Below, piece by piece: positions 51,219-63,067 of a DNA stretch of 64,000 nucleotides. Position 1 is the stretch's first letter. The number at the start of each line of letters is the position of its first letter. Origin of the DNA: Cyanophora paradoxa CCMP329 (Eukaryota > Plantae > Glaucophyta); the NCBI GenBank assembly GCA_004431415.1, contig QPMI01000039.1:62001-126000 (forward strand). Reading direction: 5' to 3'. A model generated the notes under the pieces. The model ran no database searches. It was not told the origin of the DNA and saw only the letters and a program-made list of their open reading frames with translations. A program made the position numbers and the translations under genes.

Positions 51219-51780
51219 AGCGCGAATTCTATCGACATCGGCGGCGCGCGCGCAGCGCTAGCATATAGCATGCGCATGCGCATGCGCAGCCACCGCAACG
51301 CACCAGCCGGCTTGAATATTCGAATCTCGAAGAGACTGGTACGTATTTTACATTCCCTAGCCTCGATCTACATTTCCCACCCCCCGGGCCCGGGGCCTCC
51401 TCTACATCTTGAATGTGAGCATACATAGGCCTCCTCGAGCTCGCAACTCGCAGCGCTAGCAGTTTCCCACGCTTCTCGAGCTTGCAACTCGTGCACGGTC
51501 GGATGAATCCGATATCGATATCAGCGCGAATTCTATTCATATCGGCGGCGCGCGCGTTGCGCTAGCTATAGAATGCGCATGTGCAGATCTAGCCTAGTAG
51601 ACGCGACGCACCGGTCGGCTCGGAATATTCGAAGCTCGAAGAGACTGGTACGAATTTTGCATTCCCTCGATCTACACCCCGGGCCCGGGGCCCCCTCTAG
51701 ATCTTCAATGGGAGCATGCATAGGTATTTTCCCACCCTCCTCCAGCTCGCAGCAGTCTCATGATCGCGTGCACGCTAGCA
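51219..51780. repeat. Diverged ~300-bp tandem duplication of the region upstream of the CHRD gene
   Basis: AGCGCGAATTCTAT..ATCGGCGGCGCGCGCG at 51219 and 51523. GAATATTCGAA.CTCGAAGAGACTGGTACG at ~51314 and ~51623. Confidence 0.85.
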
Positions 51781-51918
51781 CTCTAATTTCGTGAGCTGCC
51801 ATGCCGCGAGCCGGGCCGGGCCGGACGGGTAGGACGAATCCGAACACATTCTAGATCTGTTTCTCGTGGCGTGATTTGTCGATCGCAATTTAAGCGACAA
51901 TTGCAAGGCGGCTGCCGC

Positions 51919-52998
51919 TCAGCCGGCGAAGGCGGCGGGGAGGAGGGAGAGGACCCGCGACTCGAGCGCCCGCGCGCACCGGCCCGCGTCCGGCGACTGC
52001 GGCGGCGCCCCGGAGGCCCCCGCCCCTGCCACCGCTCCCGAGGCCGCGGCCGGCGCGGGGGCCGAGAGGAGCTGCGCGGCGCGCGAGGCCAGCGGGAGCA
52101 CTGCGGGGCCGGCCGGGGGTCATAATCAGGGCTGGAAATTCGGCGAAATTTTGGATTCGAAGCGGCGCGCACCCTCCTCGGCGACCCAGGCGCGCCACTC
52201 GCGCGCGGCGGCTGTCGCGGCGCCCGACCCGACGACGGACGCCACCGGCGCGGCCAGCACGCCCGCCTCGCCCCCGGCCTCGCCCATCGGCTGCGGCGCA
52301 GTCAGCCTCGTAGCAACCAATACTAAATCTAATAATAGATAGAGACCTGGGGGGCGGCGGGGGCGGGGAGGGTGCGGCCGTAGGCGCCGACGTGGGCGAC
52401 GAGGAGGCCCGTGCCCATCTCCAGTGCCAGCCGCGCCGCATCTGAAGCCTGCGAGAAGAACTCAAAGGGGCGCAGAACTCAAAGCGGGCGTAGGGGCGGG
52501 GGGGTACGGACCTCCTCCTCGAGGGCGGCGGAGGCGGAGGCGGAGGCGGAGGCGGAGTGCGCGTGGGCGCCGTGGGAGCCGTGGCCGTGGGAGGAGGCGG
52601 CGGGGGCCGGCGGGGGCGGCATCGCCTCGGCCTGCGCCCGCTGCTGCTGCGCCTGCGCAGCGCCTCAGAGCCCGCCGGAAACAGACGCAGTCGAATGAGG
52701 TCTAATGAGGCCAGAGGGATACGATGAGAACAGAAGGCCGGATAAACTACACTTTGGAAGACGACTCGAAATCAGAGGAGGGGGGCGGGGCGGGGCGGGG
52801 GGGACCTGGGAGAGGGCGGCGGCGGCCATCTGCGTCACGGAGAGCAGCAGCCCCAGCGGCGCCTGCGCCCCCGTCCGGCTCAGGTGAGAGGGAGGGGGGG
52901 GGGGGGGGGGGGGGGGGCGGGCCTGGCCGTAGGCGAAGCGGGAGGTGGAGAGGGGCCGCGTCTCCGGGGAGAAGGGCAGCGCGGCGAGCTCCCGCGGC
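51919..52998 (-). pseudogene. 3' exons of an unidentified gene whose 5' part is cut off at the duplication junction
   Basis: Spliceable exons (..RELAALPFSPETRPLSTSRFAYGQ | APLGLLLSVTQMAAAALSQ | AQQQRAQ.. | ASDAARLALEMGTGLLVAHV.. | ..REWRAWVAEE | VLPLASR..LLPAAFAG*) end at TGA 51919. They run into DENN-copy sequence at 52999. Confidence 0.6.
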
Positions 52999-55900
52999 CT
53001 CGCTGGAAGACGAGTCCGAGGCGCTGCGGGCCTCCGCCGGCGTCATCGGCCGCGCCACGACGGCCGCCGTGGGCGCCGCCGCGCGCTCGGCGGCCGCCGC
53101 CTCGGGGCCCAGGGTCCGCTACGTCCCGAGGAGGTTGCCGGACCCTCCAAGGAGCGCATCTACGCCCCCAAGACCCTCTGCGTCCTCTCCCACTGGCCCT
53201 TCCTCCTACCCTCCAGTCCTGGCTCCGCCAGCTCTACCAGATTTCCCTCTCCGGCTCTCCCCTACCCTCGAGCGATACATCTCCAACTTCATGCGCGAGG
53301 TGCCCTACCCCTCCCGGCCGCGTCCAGGTGCCCCGCCCCCGTACCCCTGCCTGCTCGGCGTACCCGCACCCGTCCGCCTTCAAGCCGCGGTACCCCGCAG
53401 GTGGCCGTGTACATCGGCGAGCGATCCCTCATCCTCTCCCGCCCCCCGCCCAACGAGCTACCCCTCGCCGACGTCCGCCCGCACCCCGCTTGCCCCCCCC
53501 CCCTCCCGAAATAGCTCTGATCGTGTACCCCGCAGTTCTCAATGCGCCGCGTCTTCGAGTGCCTCAGTCAGGAGAACATTCTCACCGTCTTCGCGTGCCT
53601 CCTCACCGAGCGCAAGGTGCCGTACCCCCCGTCCCCTTTCCCCCTCCCCATCGTCGTCCTGTGACTGTGTACCCCGCCCAGGTCCTCTTCCGAACATCCC
53701 ACCGCGCCATTCTGACGGAGGTCGCCGAGGCGAGCGCGTACCCCGCCCCAGCATCGACTCCCTTTTCTAACATCCCCGCAGTCCTTCCTGGCGTTCCTGT
53801 ACCCCCTCCAGTGGCGCCACGTGTACATCCCCGTACTCCCCGTGGGCCTCCTCGACTTTCTTTTCGCTCCTGGTGCGTACCCCTGCACCGCCACTGCTCC
53901 GTTCCGTGTTTCGAATGGGCTCTACCCCGTCCAGTTCCCTACCTCATGGGGGTACACTCCTCGCTCCTCGACGACGAGCTCGTATCCGCCCAGCTCCCCC
54001 ACGAGGTCGGCGTACCCCCGGTCGTTGCCCGTACCCCTCCTCAACCCTCCAACCCCAGGTCGTCGTGGTAGATCTGGACAAGAACAGCGTGACGTCACGG
54101 GACGAGCTGGGGTACCTGGTCAACCCTGCGTCCTCCCGTCCCTTCCTTCGCGCCGCGCAGCCAAGGTCCGCCCTCCCCGTACCCGGCAAAGCCGTTGCCG
54201 TCGAACTCCGTACCCCCCCAGCTCTCCGAGGCCCTCCGACCGCACCACCCCCCTTCGACGCCGCCATCCGGGACTCGATGGCGAGTATCATGTACCCTCC
54301 CTTCCTCCACCCCACCCTCCTGATCCTCTGCCCCCAGTTCGCCTACGTGGACCTGGCCTTCCAGGTTCGAATCCGGCCTGGTCCCTTTTTGCTTCCCGTC
54401 TGACTCCGCACCCGCAGAACGCCCCCGCCCCCGACGACGCTGTGGGCGCCCTCGGCTCGCGCCCCTTCAACCAGAAGGTCCGCGGTTCGAATCCGGCCGG
54501 GACCCTTTCCCTCGTCCGAAGCCGCGCCCAGGGCGTCCGTGCGGCCTTCCTCCGGTTCTTCGTGTCCCTCCTCAAGGCCCGCAATTCCCGTACCCCCTCG
54601 CTTTTTTTCTTGTCCTGAAGCTGCCTCCTCTTCCCGCAGAGCTACCGCCAGTTCATCCGCCCCCCGCCCCCCGCCCCTCCCCCCGCGGACGGCGAGCAGC
54701 CGCACGTACCCTCCACCGACGAGCTCTTCGACAAGGTACCCTTGAACCTTCTCGTACCCCTCCCGCTTTTTCCGAGCGCGTACTCCCGCAGGCTGCCTTC
54801 CTCGCGTCCCTTGCGGATGACTGTCGCGTGCGCACCCCCCTCCAACCTCCCGATCCCGTACCCTCCCACCGACACGCCCCCTCAGCCCTTCGTCTCCGCC
54901 TTTCTCGAGACCGAGGCCTTCGCACGGTACCCCCCGCAGCGTCCCATTACCCTCTGCGCGGATCCTTACCGCGTACCCCTGCACAGCTTCGTGCACGACA
55001 GGGGGGTACGGGACCCGGAGGCGCCCGCCTTGGACGTCCAACTCTTCGACGAGCACATCGAGGCGCGTACCCCTATGCTCACAAACCCGTACCCCACCCG
55101 CGCTGAGCCTCGCGCAGGCCAAGCTGAACGACTCGCGCTTCCGCATCTTCAAAAGGGTACCCCGCCCGGACCCCGCCCTAGGACCGGCCCACCCGACGTT
55201 TTCTGTACCCCTCGCAGGACACGCCGCTGCTCTCGGCTGACGGCTCGTTCACTAAAATGTATGTCTCGATCGGACCCGACGCCTCTGCTATCGATCCCCT
55301 TTGTGCGCACCGTACCCCGTCCCTCGTGTTTCTGCCCCTGAGGCGTGCCGTACCCCAGCCCGGTTCGCGTACAAGGTCTTCCCCTCCCTCGACCCCAAGC
55401 TCTTCCCCTGCCCCGCCACGGTACCCGTCTCCGCTGCAATGCCCCCCCCCCGCTTCGCTCTTACTGGTACCCCCGGAAGTTGAGCCCCTGGTACGGCCGG
55501 AGGGCGGCCGCTCCTCGGTAGCCCCCGGGGACGATTCGGGGGCCTTCGGAGGGCACCCCACGGCCCCCGCGGTGCGCCCGTACCCCCCCTTCAGGTCCGC
55601 CCCGACCCTTACCTCTCCCCCCGCAGGACGACCGGCCGCCCCCGCCTCGCGCCCTCGTCATCACGACCTTCGGTACACCCCCCCCCCTCCTCACGCTCCC
55701 CCCCCTCCACCTGATTTCGGCGTGTACCCCCAGGGACGTGGTTCACGCTGACGAGCTGGCTGGCGGGCACGCGCTGGCTCTCCCCCCCCGACGCCCAGGT
55801 CCGCCCCCTGGGGCTCAAAGAGCGCTCTAGACGGGCCTCGCTCTCGAGGGTACGGGATTAGGCGGGAAGACTCTCGAGGGTACGGGATTAGACGAGAGAT

Positions 55901-57855
55901 GGGCCTAGGCGGGAAGGCTTGTCCGGCGTGCTTCGTTGTGCGGCGCTTGCACCTCCCGGCTGCCCGCCACCCACTTCCCATCCATCGGGCCGACCCCTGC
56001 TTCCATCCGCCCACCCTCCTTTCCGCCCACTCACGGGCCCCCCCGGGCAGCTTGACCTGGCGCTGGACGTGCTCGCCCGCATGCGCCGCGGCGGCCTCCG
56101 CCCCGACGAGGTCCGCTCCCCGGCCCCCGCCCCGCCCCGCATCTCTGAGCGCCACGCCTCATAAAAGCTAGCATACAAACCTGCCACGCCCCGCCCCGCG
56201 CCGCCTCTCTGAGCGCCACGCCTCGCCCTGCCTCGCCTCACCCTGGGGCAGGGGGCGTACCGGGCGCTGCTGGCGGCGTGCGGGCGCTGCGGCCTCGCCG
56301 AGCACGCCCTCAAGGTCCGCCCAGCCGAGCCTCTTCGGCGAGCTCTGAGAGAGCGCGCCGCCGCTTCTGGCCCGAGAGAGCGCGCCGCCGCTGCCCCCGC
56401 GCCTCACGCGAGCTCGCGGCTGGGGGCAGGTGGCGGCGGACATGCGGAGCGCGGGGTGCCCCCTCGACGCCGTTGCCTCCGTCCTCCTCGCCCGCGCCCT
56501 CGCCGGTAGGCCTAGCTCGGCTCAGCTCTAGCCTCCAGGCTCTAGAATCTGGCTCTAGGCTAGATCTAGCCCGGACCCTCTCTGACCCCATCTGACCGCC
56601 GCTGTCTGTCCCCAGCCGACCGGCGCGGCGGGGAGGAGCGGCGCAGCGCCCCCGGGACGCCTCTCAAGGGGGGCGCGCCCTCCCCGCGGCCCTCGCCCCG
56701 CCCCTCCCCGCGCCCCCCGCCCTCGCCCGTACCCCCCGCCTCGGCCTCGGCCTCGGCCTCGGGCCCGCTGGACCCGGCGGCCATCCCCGTGCTCGTGCGC
56801 CGAGCCGCGCACGGCCCTGCCCACCACCGCCGCTCCGGCTCCGACGGCGGCGCCTCCTCCTCCGCCTCCGCCTCCTCCTCCTCCTCCGATCCGGCGCGCC
56901 CCTTCCCGCCCACCCCCCCACTCCTCCCGCCTCCTTAACTGGCTCGCAGGGGGCGGGCCCGGCGGGGGTAAGGGTGGAGGTGGATGCGGGGGCGCGCTGC
57001 GCCCACTGCGAGGCCCGCGTACCCGAGGCCGACGTGCGCGTACCCCCTACCCCCCTCCCCCGAAGCACGGCTTAAGACAAAGAGCCTTCGAGTAGGCGAA
57101 GCGACCAGATCGCCTTCATAATATCGGCTTCTTAGAAAGGACCCGCGCAACCTGCCCAGATGAGACGTAAGATGGATCGAATCGGCCGGGGGGTACGCGT
57201 GCAGGTGCGGGCGGGGTGGACGGCGCAGCTCTCCGACTACACGACCCGCTGCCCCAAGTGCCGCGGCCGCTTCGTTCCCCGCTTCTCGGTCGTCATCCAC
57301 CCGCCCCCGCCCTCGCTCCCCTCCTCCGGGCAGCCCCTACCCCCCCTCGACGCGTACTTCGTTCCCGCGGCGGCGGCCGCCGCCGCCGCGCGCGCCGCCG
57401 CCATGGTTCCCTTCCGCCCCGCCCACTCGCCCCCGCCGGACCCGACGCGGCCCTCCCCCCCCACCGTCTGCGAGTTCCTCTCGCCCTTCGTCCTCCGCAA
57501 GGAGGTACCCCCGCCCCTCTTCCCCCCCCCCGGCTCCTTTCCCTTACCCCCCACGCAGGTGGAGCGCCTGATCGCGGAGGACGACGCGCCGCCGCCCGCG
57601 GCGCCCTCCGGCGACGACTCGGTGAGCGCGCCGGCCCTCCCTGGCTTGCCGGGCGCGGATCCAAAGCGGGTAGAGGCGGTCCCTAGCTTTACCCCTCCGA
57701 AGACACTCTCCGTCTCTCGCCTCTCCCCGCCCCTCTCCCCGCCGCGCCCCGCCCCGCCGCTGAGCCGCGCGCCGGGGCAGAAGGGGGCGAGCCTGCTGGA
57801 GGGGGCGGTGCCGCGGGACTCGGCCGCCAGCCCCCTCCGCCTCGTCCACGAGTGC

Positions 57856-57892
<37 letters not shown>

Positions 57893-58009
57893 CTTGTCGT
57901 CACGTACCCCTCCGTCGCCTTCAGGCGGGGGGCGATCTACTGGAACGTGGTGTGGGCCTTCGCGGACATCGGCCTCCCCTCCGAGTTCCTCCTCCGCCTG
58001 CCCACGTAG
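52999..58009 (+). pseudogene. DENND4: 5'-truncated DENND4 copy with apparent -1 frameshifts
   Basis: Lacks the start and uDENN exons. Several exonic C-runs are one base shorter than in copy 1 (~53124, ~53209, ~53265), which could be consensus errors. Confidence 0.75.
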
Positions 58010-58523
58010 CCGGCCCGTAGCCGGCGCGCCGGCGCCAGCGGCGGCCGCGGCGCCCTCGCCATGGCTACGTACGCGTGCACGCGCACGTTGTGGCCCCGGC
58101 ACCGGGCCCGGGGGCCGGCGCCGGCGCCGGCCCGCTGATCTTTACGAAACAGTAGCAGCAGCAACGCCAGCGCCATGGCCAGCGCCAGAGGGGCGCGGCT
58201 CGCCCCTGTGCATGAGCCGCCCGCGCGCGGCCGCCGCATGCGCAGCGCCAGCGCTAGCTATTGCGCGCGAACGGATCGATCGCGAATTCGAAGAACGCCA
58301 CGAGGGGCGCGGCTCGCCGTGCATGCATGCATATGTGGCCTAGGCCGCCCCCCCCCCCCCCCCCGGTGGCGGGTACAGGTCTGTACAAGGCTTCGTAGGC
58401 CGTAGGCCGCGAACTTCCCCCAGGCTTGGACGTTGGCCTGTACATGTAGCTAACCATGGCCAGCGTGCACATTCAGGCTCGAGGCACATGTACAGCTAAC
58501 CCTACCACCTTCTGGTGACGGAC

Positions 58524-60019
58524 ATGTGCACGTGCATGTACAGCTGCAGCGTAGCAGCGACTGGCCGGGTGCGCTTGCACGCGGGGGCGATAGCTGGACG
58601 GCGAGTTAGAAGGCGTGCAGCCGGATTCATCGGTGGCACGGATGCGCCGGCGGCGCCGGCGCTCTTCGCGCTGTGCGTGACGTCAGCGGTGCTGCTGCTG
58701 GGGTCACTTCGGAGCGCTGCCGCGCAGACATTCACGAACGCCGCCGGCTTCACATCTGAAGGCGCGCTGTCCGCTCCGGGTCGTACTACGGTACGCGCGT
58801 TCCACACGTAAACCCGCTGATGTGGCGCCGGCGCCTCGCCGCGCGTACGCTTGCGCAGGCAGCCTCCGCTACGAGTTCTCCATGAGCAGCGACCCGACTA
58901 CGAATCAAACGTATCCCCGCGGCTCGGCCCTCTGCCAGGCGACCGGCCAGCTCTACGTCATTGTGGGCGGCTGGGGCGAGGCGATCCGCAGAGCGAATCT
59001 CTCCGCGGGGGCGCCCCGCCCCGATACGCTCAGTGCGGCTCCTTTGACATCGCTCGCCCCGTGCGCCTCCGACAAGCTCTCGCGCAGCCGAGGCTCCGTA
59101 CCTCGTTGGCTTTTCGGACGGGACGAGCGCGGCGGCTGGCTTCACTGACGGCTACGGCACCAACGCGCGCATGAGCGCCATCGACGGAGTCGTAGGCTGC
59201 GTGCGCCCGCCGCCGGCCCCCGGCCCCCGGGCCCCGCCTGCCCGCCCGCCCGCCGGCGCCGCCTAGGCCTCCGCGCGCCCCGCCCCGCCCCGCCGACGCG
59301 CCGGCCTGCGCACGCAGCAACTTTCCTTCGACTCGCTATGCAAGTACCTCTACTTTGGTGGGACCCATCGCCGCCCTCCGTCCCTCTCGGCTCGCGCCCG
59401 CCAGGCCTGACCGCCGCGCGCCGCGCAGCGCAAGGCAACAGCATCCGCCGCGTGCGCATGGCGGACAGCTATCTCGAGACAATCGTCAACATTGCCGATC
59501 TGGGGGGGTCCGGCGCTCTGGTGCGTCAGCCCCATCCCCGCCCGCCCGCCCCCGCCCTCCCGCCCCCGCCCCGGCCCCCGCCGGCTCACGGACGGCTCGC
59601 TCGCGGGCCGCCGCCCTTCTAGACGGTGAGCCTCGACGGCCTGCGGGTGTACAAGTTCAACGCGTTGGCCCTCGTCAGCTACACCATCGCGAGTGCGTCC
59701 TCCCCCCGGGCGGCGCCGGCGGGACCCGAAGCCGACGCCGGCCGCGCCGTGCCGCAGCCGGAGCCGTCGCACCCGTCGCCGGAGGCCCCGCAAGGGGCTA
59801 CGCCGACGGCATCGGTGCGCCCCGGGCGCCGCCCCTTGGCCCTCGCGATCGGCCCCAGAACGGGGGCGGGGCCGGGGGTACAGGGACGGCGGCGGCGTTC
59901 GGGGAGGTGGCGAGGCTGCTGGAGGTCGAGCCGGGGGTACTGCTCGTCGGGGACATCGACGGCGGCGCGCTGCGCCGCGTCGACGTCGCCACCGGCGAGG
60001 TGCGTCGACGTCGTACCCG

Positions 60020-60051
<32 letters not shown>

Positions 60052-60904
60052 CGCTCATCCGGCTCGCAGGTGAGGACCCTCGCGGGGTCGCCCCCGAGCG
60101 CCGGCATCGCGCGTACCATCGTCGCCGGTGCGCCGGCGCCTTTCGTACTGCTCGGCACCGTACAGCCCGGCCTTCCAGGCCTGACGCCGTGCGCCGCGGC
60201 CTGGGGTGGGGCCGGGCGCAGGCGTCGGAACCAGCGCCCGCATCCACTCCCCCACGGGAATGTACTTCCACGCCCCCAGCAAGACCCTCTACTACTCCGA
60301 GGTGGGCGAGCGTTCCTCCTAATCTGTACCCCTGGCTTCCCCGTATACGTACCCGTCGCGACGCCCGCCGCCCCTCGCAGCTCATCGTGAACGTCGTCCG
60401 CAAATTCAACCTCCGAACGCGTGCGCGGGCCCTCGCTCAGAACCCGGCCCGGCCCCGCCGCTCACGCTAACGCTGTACCCCCAGTCGAGGTCTCCGGGCC
60501 GATCGTGAGCCTCCCCGTCCTCCAGCCGAACGAGGCGTGGGTCATGTCCGTCGCCTGCCAGCCCGAGCAGTGCGCCCCTTCATATTTATAGTGCCGCATG
60601 AGCCACTTGCGCAGTAAACTGAGTGCCTTTTTGTGCGATCGCAGGCAAGCCTGCTACCTCAACATGTGGTACCCCTTCCACCGCGTCTTCGTCCTCGACA
60701 TCTCCTTCCCCCCGGTGCCTTTCTATAATAAGCGCTGATCTACGCTTAGCCGGTTCGACGTGGCCTTGCGGTCGCATGCGCACGCAGGCGGCGCGGGCGG
60801 CGAGGCCGGCGGGGTGCGGGGCGGCGGCGGCGGGTCGCGCCTGCGTCGCGGTGGGCCCCGGCGCCTCGGTCGCCATCGACGGCGCCTCCTTCGTTGTCAC
60901 CTGA
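58524..60904 (+). CDS. Second copy of the NHL-repeat protein gene
   Basis: Colinear with 43878-46411 with scattered substitutions. Same terminal exon ending GASFVVT*. Confidence 0.65.
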
Positions 60905-62178
60905 ACCTGAACCTCGAGCGCGGCCAATCGGCTTGGCCCTTCGCCCGCGTTCCGAAGTTCGCCGAGCGGCCATCGGACCGCCCCACTCCCTTCTAGATCC
61001 CCTCCTTTCTTGTCTTGCACTTTATCCCTTTTCCTCCTTGGCCAATCGTCCGCTGTCGCCGGGCGGATCGCGGCGCGACTGGTCCGCCCGCTCTATATGC
61101 CTCTATATGCTTGATCGCTGCCGCCTCCGATCGCTAGGCCCCTCCGTTTGTCGTACCCCTGCATCTTCTAGCTCTGCTTCTTCCTCCCCCCTCCTCTTGT
61201 TTTTTACACTTTGCCTCCTCGCGTGCTTTATCTTCTTTCGGCGATCGACTATTCGGGTTTTTTATTGCTTCCGCTTTCGTCCTACTGACCAGCTGCAGCT
61301 AGCTATAGCTTCTGTGCACGATGATCAGCTTATTATCCGATGCATTTGATCAAATTCAAAACGCCTTGAAGCACGTGCACAAAGAGCCGGCACACTAATC
61401 AATCTCCACGCTCCGCCCTTACATATAATTATTCTCGAGATCTAGATCTAAATCTGGTACGTATACGCCTTACGACCGAATTTGTGCTCGAACCTCTTTT
61501 CTTTTCGACCGAGTTCGTCACGCGTACGTGCACGGCTTGCTGGACTCCGGGAGTCGGTCCGACAGTCCTCCTTTGCAAGCAAACCGCCGCCGCCATGCTG
61601 ATCGTGTCCTCGAACGCGGGTCAGCGATGGCCGTGTAATTTCGAAATCACGACTGGCCCGTTCAAGTGATAAATCGCGCGCGATTCTGTGCAGAATTCGA
61701 ACCTGAAAAAATGTAAATTGCGTTGCCGCGGCGGGCCCAGCCCCCGACCCCCACCCTCTCTCCAGATCCCCGCCCCTCCCACACACCCTAGCTACGTCCC
61801 CAGCCCCCTCATTTGAGCTCTCTGGATCTACGTCTACCCTAGACCCTAGGGTCAACACCGGCCCTGTTCCCTTTGAGGGAGTATTATAGGAGTACTTTGG
61901 AGAGTTTTCTATTGAAAAATCAGGAAGAGAGAGGCGGCCCCCCATGCGCCGGTCTACCAGCTATCTCCTATGTGATTATTTAGTGTGTGCTTTAGATGTT
62001 CCTTGAAGCTAGCTTTAGTTAGGAATTTAGATTCGGTGATAGTAGTTTATGTTTGTGTTTCCGATCTATCAACAAAAATTTCGATATCAACAAAAGTAGC
62101 AATGAAGTCTTCCTTTACCTTTTCATCATCACTTAAAGATTTCTCGATTTCTAATTAGAAAAGAGAAACCGCGCGCAG

Positions 62179-62481
62179 ATGGCAACTGAAGTGATTACGA
62201 TTCCAGCAGTGAACAGGCTTCGTCAAATAGAATATATAACGATCGATGCTAGCAAAGCTGATCTCTTCAGGAGTTTCAATTGGAAAATCAGTGAAATGGG
62301 AAGGGCCTATGGCACTAAAAAGGGTTATCGTGGTAGAGTAGCAGCAACGCATTTGACTCTAGGAGTTGTTGGGAAGGGAGCACTCGGGAACTATGAAATT
62401 GATATCATAAATGGTAACAAATTGGACATGCGTGCAGAAAATTTGAGAAAGATCTGGAGAAGCAACCCCATGTATTATTAG
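62179..62481 (+). CDS. HNH-endonuclease-like protein with a degenerate active site (100 aa)
   Basis: IDIINGNKLDMRAENLR matches the phage-type HNH_3 motif (V/I)DHINGNxxDNRxxNLR with H->I and N->M changes. The upstream ID....F....W.....Y pattern also fits. Confidence 0.7.
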   Translation: MATEVITIPAVNRLRQIEYITIDASKADLFRSFNWKISEMGRAYGTKKGYRGRVAATHLTLGVVGKGALGNYEIDIINGNKLDMRAENLRKIWRSNPMYY

Positions 62482-62843
62482 TTGAACAAAAATTTCGGTG
62501 ATAACAAAAGAAGCAACACGTTGTGTTCAACATCAAAGTACTAGCTAGCAAGCTTTTACGGACACCTTTTATTTAAAATAAATGAGTTCTGGAACCTTCT
62601 GTACTGAGTTGGCCAATCAGAATTTAGATGATCAAAAAACCGGTTCGGTCACAAAAAGGGCTTGGAGCCGTCTTTTTTTTTCGACTTCGAACCGGCAGCC
62701 GGAGCCATCGAGCTCTTTAAAAAAATAAGGTCGATAGCTGGACTTTGCGAAACGTCAAGACACTTTGTGTCCAACCAATCACAATCCGAGTTCCGTGCAA
62801 ATGCAAAGGATTATCGTGCTGCGATTGGCTGGAAGTCGACACC

Positions 62844-62999
62844 ATGTCCAACGATCCCTTGATTTTGCGACAGCTAGAAATCGAGCGCGCCCGAGAGTTA
62901 TCTAACTCGATCCATTCCAAGCCCAAGCCACAGTGTGGGCTAGCCGTAGCCGCTGGTGCGTATTTATTTACACCACTTAAAGAAATCGCATATATATGA
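62844..62999 (+). CDS. Small hypothetical protein (51 aa) within the element
   Basis: ATG in ACCATG context, co-oriented between the HNH-like and pPolB-like ORFs. No recognisable motif. Confidence 0.3.
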   Translation: MSNDPLILRQLEIERARELSNSIHSKPKPQCGLAVAAGAYLFTPLKEIAYI

Positions 63000-63067
63000 T
63001 GCATCGCGCGGTTTATTGCGCAAAAAATCAGAAAATTCTTTCTGAACATAACTTAACCGAACACAAG

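Larger units (their letters stand above)
52999..61705 (+). repeat. Direct ~8.8-kb second copy of 38313-47230
   Basis: Identity starts at CTCGCTGGAAGACGAGTCC (38313/52999) and ends near TGTGCAGAATTCGA.CCTG (47230/61705). Exons are near-identical, while the intergenic part has many indels. Confidence 0.97.

Noticed and set aside
1-61700. Hundreds of R/G/A/P-rich ORFs in the supplied track, e.g. 20565-23366 and 30973-32826
   Set aside because: These are shadow or intron read-through frames caused by high GC. The real genes are spliced.
62041-62046. AGTAGT as the Polinton terminus
   Set aside because: Composition and homology change ~300 bp earlier, and the right end is not available for comparison.
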